From NCBI GenBank assembly GCA_001602865.1, contig LUZF01000004.1, positions 15,686-79,685 of the forward strand: a stretch of 64,000 nt of DNA, given 5' to 3'. The notes beneath the pieces are model-generated. The model searched no databases. It was not told the origin of the DNA and saw nothing but the letters and a program-made list of their open reading frames with translations. Each line of letters opens with the position of its first letter. Within the stretch, counting starts at the first letter, position 1. This DNA is from Bacteroidales bacterium Bact_14. Lineage in GTDB: Bacteria; Bacteroidota; Bacteroidia; Bacteroidales; UBA932. Below are positions 36,308 through 46,529 of this stretch, piece by piece. The translations under genes were made by a program, and so were the position numbers.

Positions 36308-37261
36308 ATGAAAAACGTTCTCGTCATCGGTTCCACCGGACAAATCGGGTCCGAGCTGACTATGAAACTGCGCCGCGAGTACCCGGGCGGCAAGACAGTC
36401 GCGGGTTACATTCCGGGCTCGGAGCCGAAAGGCATCCTCCGGGAAAGCGGTCCCTTCGAGGAAGCCAATGTCTGCAACGCCCAGCAGATCGCGGACATCG
36501 TGGACAAATACGACATCGATACCATCTACAACCTCGCCGCCCTTCTTTCGGCGACGGCCGAGCGCCTGCCGCTGCGCGCCTGGGACATCCAGATGAACGG
36601 TCTGCTCAACGTCCTGGAAATCGCGCGCGAGAAGCACTGCGCCGTGTTCACCCCGAGCTCCATCGGCTCCTTCGGCCCCTCGACTCCCCGGATGAATACC
36701 CCGCAGGACACCATCCAGCGCCCGACTTCGATGTACGGCGTGACGAAGGTCGCGACGGAGCTGCTGAGCGACTACTACTTCCACAAATACGGCGTCGACA
36801 CGCGCTCGGTGCGTTTCCCGGGCCTCATCTCCTACACGACCCTGCCGGGCGGCGGCACGACGGACTACGCCGTCGAGATCTACTACGCGGCCGTCAAGGG
36901 CGAGACCTACGTCTGCCCGATCGCTCCGGGAACCTATATGGATATGATGTATATGCCGGACGCGCTGAAGGCGGCGGTCGACATCATGCGTGCGAAACCG
37001 CGCTACCTCAAACACAGGAATTCCTTCAATATCGCGGCGATGAGTTTCACTCCGGAAATCATCTACGAGGCGATAAAGAAGGAAATCCCTGATTTCAAGA
37101 TGCGCTACGAGGTAGACCCCGTCCGTCAGCACATCGCGGATTCCTGGCCGGACAAGATGGATGACAGCTGCGCGCGCAAGGAATGGGGCTGGGCCCCGAC
37201 CTATGACCTTGAGTCGATGACCAAGGATATGATCGCGCACCTGCGCGAGAAACTACTGTAA
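36308..37261 (+). CDS. L-threonine 3-dehydrogenase (extended SDR type)
   Basis: GSTGQIG, LAALLSA, PSSIG.FG, YGVTK, PGGGTTDY, MMYMPD. Divergent from kbl. Confidence 0.88.
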   Translation: MKNVLVIGSTGQIGSELTMKLRREYPGGKTVAGYIPGSEPKGILRESGPFEEANVCNAQQIADIVDKYDIDTIYNLAALLSATAERLPLRAWDIQMNGLLNVLEIAREKHCAVFTPSSIGSFGPSTPRMNTPQDTIQRPTSMYGVTKVATELLSDYYFHKYGVDTRSVRFPGLISYTTLPGGGTTDYAVEIYYAAVKGETYVCPIAPGTYMDMMYMPDALKAAVDIMRAKPRYLKHRNSFNIAAMSFTPEIIYEAIKKEIPDFKMRYEVDPVRQHIADSWPDKMDDSCARKEWGWAPTYDLESMTKDMIAHLREKLL

Positions 37262-38569
37262 CTCGCGGAACTTCTCCAGCGAAATCTTCTTTTTCTTCAG
37301 CGTCATCAGCGGCCGCACAGCCTCGAAGGCCTTGCGGTCCTCGACCTGCTCCTGGAAACGCTGGAGCTGCTGGTCGTCGTCAAGCATCCGGCGGGCGGCG
37401 TCCTTGACCATATCCTCGGGCATGCCCTGCATCCCGTACATCGCATACTGGTAGTACACGAATGACTCGGCGGCTTCCTCAATCTCCTCCTGCGTGATCT
37501 TGACGTCGAATTTCTTTAAGAGATAGCCTCTTACGAGCTGCCACTTGAAGTCCTCGACGAAGGCCGGGAATTCGGTCGCGATCTGGTCCACGGTCAGCTT
37601 GCCGCGGTTCACGGCGAGCAGCCAACGCTTCAGGAAGTCCTCCGGCAGGGTGAGGTCCGCCTTGTCCATATAGAACTTTTTGATATCTTTCGTAAGGCGG
37701 TATTCGGCCTCCTGGTGGTAGTTCTTCTCCAGCTCCTTCGCGACCTGGGCGTCGAATTCCTCCTCGGTCTTCACGACATCCTTGCCGTAAATCTTGTCGA
37801 AGGTCTCCTGGTTCGCCGGGGCGGCGACATAGTCCTTGAAGGACACGACGACGGACTGGAATTCCGGATCGATGTCCTTCAGCTCCTCCTTCTTCACGCG
37901 GAGCAGCCGGGCGCGGTCGCCTTCGTCGGCGAGGGCGTCAACGAGGTTGAATTTCAACTTCGAGCCGACCTTGGCTTTCTTGAACTTCGTCTTGTAGGCG
38001 GACGAGAGGTCGCGCATCGACACGAACGTGTCCTTCACTTCCCTGCCCTCCTGCTTCAGGTCCACGTAGACATAGGACTCGTTGCCGGCGGCTTCGGCCT
38101 CCTGGAGGCTGCCGTGCTGCATCAGGATATTCTTTTTCATCCCTTCCTTGTCCTCCGCCGTGGCGGTGATGGTATAATAAGGAACGGAGTCTTCCTTGAC
38201 CACTTCGAAATCGATCTTCGGGGAAAGGCCGAGGTCGAAGATGAAGGTGAAGTCGCTGCCGCTCTCCCAGGTCAGTTCCGGCTGGTTCGCGCTGCTGATC
38301 GGCTCGCCCAGGATGTGGAGGTCGTTGTCCTTGATGTAGCCGTCCAGGGCTTCGGACACGACGTCGTTCACGGCGTCGGCGAGGATCTGGCCGCCATAGA
38401 CGCGCTGGATCAGCGACATCGGCACCATACCCTTGCGGAAGCCCTTGAATTCGGCGTTCCGGCGGGTTTCATTCAGTCTTTTCTTCTCGGCGGAAGCGTA
38501 ATCGTCCTTGTCGATGAGGACGGTCAGCTCCAGGTTCAGGTCGTCAATTCTTTTTTCTGTGACTTTCAT
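37253..38569 (-). CDS. tig: trigger factor
   Basis: GFRKGMVP ribosome-binding signature and LPEDFLKRWL. Confidence 0.92.
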   Translation of the reverse strand: MKVTEKRIDDLNLELTVLIDKDDYASAEKKRLNETRRNAEFKGFRKGMVPMSLIQRVYGGQILADAVNDVVSEALDGYIKDNDLHILGEPISSANQPELTWESGSDFTFIFDLGLSPKIDFEVVKEDSVPYYTITATAEDKEGMKKNILMQHGSLQEAEAAGNESYVYVDLKQEGREVKDTFVSMRDLSSAYKTKFKKAKVGSKLKFNLVDALADEGDRARLLRVKKEELKDIDPEFQSVVVSFKDYVAAPANQETFDKIYGKDVVKTEEEFDAQVAKELEKNYHQEAEYRLTKDIKKFYMDKADLTLPEDFLKRWLLAVNRGKLTVDQIATEFPAFVEDFKWQLVRGYLLKKFDVKITQEEIEEAAESFVYYQYAMYGMQGMPEDMVKDAARRMLDDDQQLQRFQEQVEDRKAFEAVRPLMTLKKKKISLEKFRELQ

Positions 38570-38590
38570 AAAGTATTGTGTTGTTTAATA

Positions 38591-40675
38591 TTATCTGTTT
38601 GCGGAGAGGCGCCGGCGGAGCTTCGTCGGATAGGCGACGCGCTCGTGGTACATCTGCGCCAGGTAGGTCTTCAGGGCATCCCCGATAGCCAGGAGGTCCG
38701 GGATGGAAATGTCCGCCTCGTCGAACTGCCCCTCGTTTTTCTTTCCCTCGATCATCCGGTCCACGAAGTCCGAATAGGTCTTCGCGCTGTTGTCCGAGAG
38801 GGTCCGCGCCGCCGCCTCGACCGTGTCGCAGAGCATCACGACGACCTGCTCCCGGGTCTGGGGCTTTTCGCCCGGATAGACGAAATCGGCGACGTCGGCG
38901 GGATCCCCGCCTTCCTCGACGTACTTGTTATAGAAATAGCTGGTCCGGGTCGTTCCGTGGTGGGTCAGGATGAAGGCGCGGACTTCTTCCGGCAGGCGGT
39001 GCCTGGCCGCGAGTTCCATACCGTCCGCCACGTGGCGGATGATGTCGCGGGCGCTCTCCTTCGGGCTCAGTTTCGCGTGGTAAGACGGCGCGGACGGGTC
39101 CGGCAGGAGCATCGAATTCTCGATGAAACAGAGCGGGTTCTTCATCTTCCCGATGTCGTGGTACAGGGCACCGGCGCGCGCCAGCGCCACATTTCCGCCA
39201 ATCGTACGCGTCACCATCTCCGCCATGCTCATTACCTGCAGGCAGTGCTGGAACGTCCCCGGCGCCTTCTCCTCCAGCCGCCGGAGCAGGACGTTGTCCG
39301 TGTCCGTCAGCTCGACCAGGCGGGTCGTGGAGAGGAGCTTGAAGATGCGCTCGAACAGGTAGGTCAGCGGGTAGGCGGCCCCGGAGATGACGGAGCCCAG
39401 GAAAAGGAATAGGACCGTGCGCGCCCAGTTGCCGCTGATGAAGCCCGCGAAGTCGAAGCCCGTGTAAATGAGCACAAGCACGACGAACGCGACCAGGCAC
39501 GGCAGGAACTGCTTCCACCCGCGCTCGCTCGAGCGGTAGAACAGGGCGGCGACCAGGCCGGCGGCGATGTACATCACATACAGCACGACGCCGTTGCGGC
39601 AGAAAATCGCCAGCGGGAGCAGTGCGACGAAGAACACGGGCACGCTTACCCGCTCCTCGAAGAAGGTCCGCAGATACAGCAGCGACAGGATGAACGGCAC
39701 CAGGTACAGGTACACGGGGTCATCCTTTCCGGTCAGCAGCGCCCCCAGTGCAGTCAGGAACACGATGAAGACGACATACCACAGACGGCGCGGCGAATGG
39801 AGTATCCCCTCGCCCACGTAATAGAGCACGAGGAACAGGATCAGCACCAGGATCAGCGCGACCAGCACGTTGCCGAGCACATAGGAGAACGAGGACTTCT
39901 GCAGACCCATATTCTCCTGGTACTCAAGCTTATAGGAATCCAGCATCTGCGCGATCTCCGCCGTCACGATCTCCCCTTCCGAGACGATCAGCTGCCCGGC
40001 GCTCACGAAGCCCTGGGTCGGCGAAACGCTGTTGACGGATTCCGCCTGCACCAGCTCGGTCGTCTGCTTGTCGTAGACCAGGTTCGGCACGATCAGGTCG
40101 TAGACGCCCGCGGCGCGGAAGATGGAATCCATATTGAAGGACGGGAAACTCTTGCTCACTTCCGCCATCACCTTCGCGCGGGCGTCGGTCTGGCGGTATA
40201 CTTCCGTCACGGGATACTTGCTCGCGCGCTTGTCCTTCTGGATATAAAGGACCTCGTCGCTGAGGTTGGCGGAGCGCTTGTCCACCCGCACGCCCTCGTC
40301 CTGCACGATGCCCTGCGCATAGACGGAGCGCAGGACGGACACGAGCCGCGTCTTGACCGACGCGTGCTGTCCCAGCGACAGGGCCTCGGCGGCGCGGAGG
40401 TTCTTGTTGACGACGTCGTCGGAAAAGCGGTAATACGGAATCACGCTGCCGTCGCCGCTCTTCGCGCGCTCCTCCTCCATCTGCTCCGCCGTCTTGTAGA
40501 TCGGGAAGTCGAAGTCGGAGATCAGCGTCTCGTAGTTCCAGGCGGCGCCTTTCTTGTAGTCATAGCGGAACTTGGCCGTCCGCGGCATAATCAGCAACAG
40601 GGCCACGAACAGCAACGCAAACGGGAGGACCCGCCTACTTAAAAGGGCTGTCAGTTTCTTTCGCGATGTATCCAT
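38591..40675 (-). CDS. 7TM-HD (HDIG) phosphohydrolase, PgpH-like
   Basis: Large extracytoplasmic region, 7 TM, APGTFQH, YHDIGK, HHGT, CDTVEAAAR. Confidence 0.88.
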   Translation of the reverse strand: MDTSRKKLTALLSRRVLPFALLFVALLLIMPRTAKFRYDYKKGAAWNYETLISDFDFPIYKTAEQMEEERAKSGDGSVIPYYRFSDDVVNKNLRAAEALSLGQHASVKTRLVSVLRSVYAQGIVQDEGVRVDKRSANLSDEVLYIQKDKRASKYPVTEVYRQTDARAKVMAEVSKSFPSFNMDSIFRAAGVYDLIVPNLVYDKQTTELVQAESVNSVSPTQGFVSAGQLIVSEGEIVTAEIAQMLDSYKLEYQENMGLQKSSFSYVLGNVLVALILVLILFLVLYYVGEGILHSPRRLWYVVFIVFLTALGALLTGKDDPVYLYLVPFILSLLYLRTFFEERVSVPVFFVALLPLAIFCRNGVVLYVMYIAAGLVAALFYRSSERGWKQFLPCLVAFVVLVLIYTGFDFAGFISGNWARTVLFLFLGSVISGAAYPLTYLFERIFKLLSTTRLVELTDTDNVLLRRLEEKAPGTFQHCLQVMSMAEMVTRTIGGNVALARAGALYHDIGKMKNPLCFIENSMLLPDPSAPSYHAKLSPKESARDIIRHVADGMELAARHRLPEEVRAFILTHHGTTRTSYFYNKYVEEGGDPADVADFVYPGEKPQTREQVVVMLCDTVEAAARTLSDNSAKTYSDFVDRMIEGKKNEGQFDEADISIPDLLAIGDALKTYLAQMYHERVAYPTKLRRRLSANR

Positions 40676-41456
40676 AAGTCAGTCGGTCAAGCAAGCGCGG
40701 GAAGCGTTTCTGCATCCAGACCGTCGCCTTTCCCAGCGTGGAAAGGGTCACGACGGACTTGCGTTTGCGGAGGCCCTTCGCCAGCGCTTTCGCTACGGTT
40801 TCGGCCGGCATCAGGTTGTCTTCGTCCAGCGGGGTCATCCCCTGCGCGCTGCCGTCCGCGGTCAGCGCGGCGTTGCGCACGTTGGAGGCCGTATAGCCCG
40901 GCGCGAACACCAGGACGTGGAGCCCGTCTTTCAAGTGCTCGATGCGGACCGTGTCCAGGAAGCCGCGGATCGCGTACTTCGAGGCGGAGTAGCCCGTGCG
41001 GGCCGGGAGCGCGGAATAGCCGGCGATGGAGATCACCCCCACCACGGAGCCCCTGGCCTCCAGCAGCCACGGAAGCGCATACTTCGTGCAGTAGACCGTC
41101 CCCCAGAAGTTTACATCCATCAGCCGGTGGAGCACCTTCAGGTCCAGGTCCTTGAACATCGCGCGCATCGAAATGCCCGCATTGTTCACGAGGACGTCGA
41201 TCCGGCCGAACTTCTCCACGGTCTTGTCAATGAGGGCCTTGCAGTCCGCCTCGACGCTGACGTCGGTCTTGACGCACAGGACCCTGTCCGCGTCCGCGGA
41301 CACTTCGGGGGCCAGCGCCTCCAGCACTTCCAGGCGGCGCGCAGCCATCACGACGCAGGCGCCGAGGCGGCCGAATTCCTTCGCGCACGCGAGCCCGATG
41401 CCGGAGCTGGCGCCCGTCACGATGATGACCTTGTCCTTGAAAAACGCAGCGTCCAT
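40635..41456 (-). CDS. SDR oxidoreductase (candidate 3-dehydrocapnine reductase)
   Basis: TGASSGIG, NNAG, YSASK. Starts 4 nt after the AOS-family gene. Confidence 0.85.
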   Translation of the reverse strand: MDAAFFKDKVIIVTGASSGIGLACAKEFGRLGACVVMAARRLEVLEALAPEVSADADRVLCVKTDVSVEADCKALIDKTVEKFGRIDVLVNNAGISMRAMFKDLDLKVLHRLMDVNFWGTVYCTKYALPWLLEARGSVVGVISIAGYSALPARTGYSASKYAIRGFLDTVRIEHLKDGLHVLVFAPGYTASNVRNAALTADGSAQGMTPLDEDNLMPAETVAKALAKGLRKRKSVVTLSTLGKATVWMQKRFPRLLDRLTYGYIAKETDSPFK

Positions 41457-41460
41457 TCCC

Positions 41461-42726
41461 CTATTTGATGGTCATGGCGGCGATGTCGTCGCCGTCGTAT
41501 TCGCCGGCGTCGAGCTTCGCCTTGATTTCCTTGAACGCATTCAGCGTATAGTTCACGTCCTCCATCGTATGGGCGGCCGTGGAAACGATGCGGAAGATGA
41601 TCATACCCTTCGGGATGACCGGGTAGATGACCATCGAGCAGAAGATCCTGTAGTTCTCCCGCAGGTCCTTGGCGATCTTGGTCGCCTGGGCGATGCCGCC
41701 GCCGTCGATATGGATCGGCGTCACGCAGGCCTCGGCCTGGCCGATGTCGAAACCCTGCTCCCGGAAGCCCTTCTGGATCGCGTGCGTAATCTCCATACAC
41801 TTGCGACGGCGCTCGTCCCCTTCGGGAGACATGATGATCTCGAGGCGCTTGATGTTGCTGATGACGAACGGGAGCGGCTGGCTCTTCGCGTACATCTGGG
41901 AGCGCATATTGAGGCGCAGGTAGTTGATGACGTGGCGCGGGCCGGCGACGAAACCGCCGATGGAGGCCATCGACTTCGCGAAGGCGCCGATGTAGATGTC
42001 GACGTCGTCCATCACGCCGAAGTGCTCGGAGGTGCCGCGGCCGTGCTCGCCCATCAGGCCGAAGCCGTGGGCGTCGTCGATGAGGATGCGGAAGTTGTAT
42101 TTCTTCTTGAGGGCGCAGATGCCGTCCAGCTTGCCGAGGGCGCCGGTCATGCCATAGACGCCTTCCGTGATGAGCAGGACGCCGCCGCCGTTCTCGTCCG
42201 CTTCCTTGCAGGCTTTCGCCAGGACGCGTTCGCAGTCGGCCATGTCGTTGTGGCGGTACTTGTATTTGCTGCCGATGTGGAGGCGGATGCCGTCGAGCAG
42301 GCAGGCGTGGGCCTCGTTGTCATAGACGATGACGTCGTGGCGCGCGGTCAGGCAGTCGATCGTCGAGACGATGCCCTGGTAGCCGAAATTGAAGAGGAAG
42401 GCGTCTTCCTTCTTCTCGAAGTCGGCGAACATCTTCTCGAGCTTCTCGTGGTAAGAGGTATGGCCGGAGAGCATGCGGCTGCCCATCGGATAGGACAGGC
42501 CCCAGTCCGCCGTCGCCTGCGTTTCCACCTTGCGGATTTCCGGATGGTTCGCCAGGCCGAGGTAGTTGTTGAGGCTCCAGTTCAGGACCGGAACGCCGTT
42601 GAACACCATATGGGGGCCGAGTTCGCCTTCCAGCTTGGGATACATATAATAACCGAATCCCTGCTCGTAATACTGTCCGATCGGACCGCCGGAATCCCGT
42701 GCAATTCTGTCAAAAATGTCTAACAT
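41461..42726 (-). CDS. PLP-dependent alpha-oxoamine synthase, cysteate acyl-ACP transferase (SulA/CapB)-like
   Basis: GGPIGQY, PKLEGELGPHM, NWSLNNYLGLANHPE, DDAHG. PLP Lys in GAFAK251S. SQMYAK281 in place of the SPT-type FSAS. Confidence 0.8.
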   Translation of the reverse strand: MLDIFDRIARDSGGPIGQYYEQGFGYYMYPKLEGELGPHMVFNGVPVLNWSLNNYLGLANHPEIRKVETQATADWGLSYPMGSRMLSGHTSYHEKLEKMFADFEKKEDAFLFNFGYQGIVSTIDCLTARHDVIVYDNEAHACLLDGIRLHIGSKYKYRHNDMADCERVLAKACKEADENGGGVLLITEGVYGMTGALGKLDGICALKKKYNFRILIDDAHGFGLMGEHGRGTSEHFGVMDDVDIYIGAFAKSMASIGGFVAGPRHVINYLRLNMRSQMYAKSQPLPFVISNIKRLEIIMSPEGDERRRKCMEITHAIQKGFREQGFDIGQAEACVTPIHIDGGGIAQATKIAKDLRENYRIFCSMVIYPVIPKGMIIFRIVSTAAHTMEDVNYTLNAFKEIKAKLDAGEYDGDDIAAMTIK

Positions 42727-42749
42727 AACGTTGTTTTATTATTTAGGTT

Positions 42750-44744
<1,995 letters not shown>

Positions 44745-44783
44745 TTATAAACAGACAAATTTACGAAAAATCAGGCGAGAATC

Positions 44784-46529
44784 CTAAAAATTAAGGCAAA
44801 TTCCGGCGGTAAAATACATGCCTTTTTCGGCCCTGGTGAGCGATTTCTGGATGGTCTGGTTCAGGAGGTTGCCGCCCTTCGCCCAGAACGAGGTCCTGCG
44901 GTCGAAACGGAACTCCGCCTGCACGCCCAGGTCGCAGTAGGAAGGGATCACGAAATAGCCGTCGCGCTCGGACGCGAAGTCCGCGGAAACCCCGAAATAG
45001 AGGCGCTCCGCCCAGTTGTAGGTCACGCTTCCCGACGCGGTGAATTCCGGGAGCGGCACATACGTGATGTCATTGGACGTGAAATAGTCGCTGCCCAGGT
45101 AATCCGCCTTCATATACTGGAAATGGCCGTCGGCGGCGAGCCTGTCGGACTTCCAGACGAGGTCGGCGCCGGCCGAGAGCATCTTCATATCCTCATAGCA
45201 GAAGGCCGCCGCCAGCGGAACGGGATTGACCGCGTGGCGGTTGGTCATAAAGAGGCCGTCCAGCAGGTTGTTCTCCACGTAGGCGTAGGAGGCGTGCAGG
45301 TCGTACTGCACCGCCCCGGCCACCTGGCCGCGCAGGCCCGCCGTCCCCTTGTAGCGCGTGACGGTGTTGTCCATCGTCGGCGCCCAGCAGTAGGAAAGCT
45401 GGTACACCTCGTTGAAGAAATGGTTCTTCGCCAGGAGCGAGGAGAAGCTGTTGATGTCGTTGCCGCCCGTGGCGTCCGCGTACAGCGAGAGGCCCTGGTC
45501 GAGGATGCGGATGTTCAGGTGGGCGTCCGGGTAGAAGAGGGCCGACTTCTTCTGGTGCTGCGGCACCAGGCTCCGCGCGTGGGGATCCCAGGCGAAGATG
45601 TGGGCGAATTTCACGCCCGCGGAGGCGCTGAAACGACCGGAGGACCAGGCCAGCTTCGGCGTGCCCCAGACGTCCATCACGGAGGTCACGATGATGCGGG
45701 AGTAGATGCCCACTTCCGTACCCGCCTCCACGAGGAAGCGGGTATTGGGCATCACCTCGACGCCGGCGAGCAGGCGCGCGTTGACTTCCTTGTTGCTGAG
45801 GGAATAGCCGCTGCGCTGGTAGGTCGTGTTGTCGCCGCCGATCTTGCCCTCCGCATCGCCTTCGATGGTCAGCCCGGCCCGCTGGCCCGGCTTCAGGGCA
45901 TAGTGGAGACGCGCGGAGGCCTCGTTATAGAGGTGCGTGACCATCGTGTCGGCGACGGTGAGGAGCTTGTAATTCACGTTCGCGGTCAGCACGGAACGGC
46001 GGAAGTCGCCGCGGATGCTGAGCCCGAGGTTGTTCTCGAGGTCGTGGCCGGAGAAGGTGGACTTGTCGTAGTTGTCGACCAGATACCCCTCCCGGCTGCT
46101 GAATTCGAAGCCCCGGATCCGGCGGTAGGAGCCCAGGTAGCCCTGGAAGCCGTCATAGACGTCGAATTTCCATCTTCCCGTCGCAGTCGGGGAATACATC
46201 AGCGCGAGCTCCGGATGCAGGCTGTAGCCCGCGCCAGCGCGCAGGTAGAAATTCCGGCCGGCGTACGGCGCCGCCTCCGGCTTCATATTGATCAGGTAGG
46301 GGCTGAATTCGTAAGAACCCTTGTAGGGGTTGTCGAACACGGAATAGTCGAAATCGTAATCGAAGACGAGGAGGGAATCCGGGATGTTCATCGCCAGTTC
46401 CTGCTTGCGGGCATCGACCGGCTTGCCTTCGTAGGCGTTGGTCACCTCCACGCTCGGATTGAAATTCTGGGCGCCGGCCGCGATCGAGGCGGCGAGCGCA
46501 AGGACGCTCAGGAAAAGCTTACTGTTCAT
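44784..46529 (-). CDS. outer-membrane beta-barrel protein (TonB-receptor-like, Bacteroidetes conserved)
   Basis: Signal peptide, V.V...Y N-terminal motif, amphipathic beta strands, NLLNQ, C-terminal Phe. Confidence 0.7.
   Translation of the reverse strand: MNSKLFLSVLALAASIAAGAQNFNPSVEVTNAYEGKPVDARKQELAMNIPDSLLVFDYDFDYSVFDNPYKGSYEFSPYLINMKPEAAPYAGRNFYLRAGAGYSLHPELALMYSPTATGRWKFDVYDGFQGYLGSYRRIRGFEFSSREGYLVDNYDKSTFSGHDLENNLGLSIRGDFRRSVLTANVNYKLLTVADTMVTHLYNEASARLHYALKPGQRAGLTIEGDAEGKIGGDNTTYQRSGYSLSNKEVNARLLAGVEVMPNTRFLVEAGTEVGIYSRIIVTSVMDVWGTPKLAWSSGRFSASAGVKFAHIFAWDPHARSLVPQHQKKSALFYPDAHLNIRILDQGLSLYADATGGNDINSFSSLLAKNHFFNEVYQLSYCWAPTMDNTVTRYKGTAGLRGQVAGAVQYDLHASYAYVENNLLDGLFMTNRHAVNPVPLAAAFCYEDMKMLSAGADLVWKSDRLAADGHFQYMKADYLGSDYFTSNDITYVPLPEFTASGSVTYNWAERLYFGVSADFASERDGYFVIPSYCDLGVQAEFRFDRRTSFWAKGGNLLNQTIQKSLTRAEKGMYFTAGICLNF

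Noticed and set aside
41461-42726. Annotation as bioF or serine palmitoyltransferase
   Set aside because: The N-terminal motifs and Lys281 fit the cysteate acyltransferase subfamily better, and no biotin genes are nearby.
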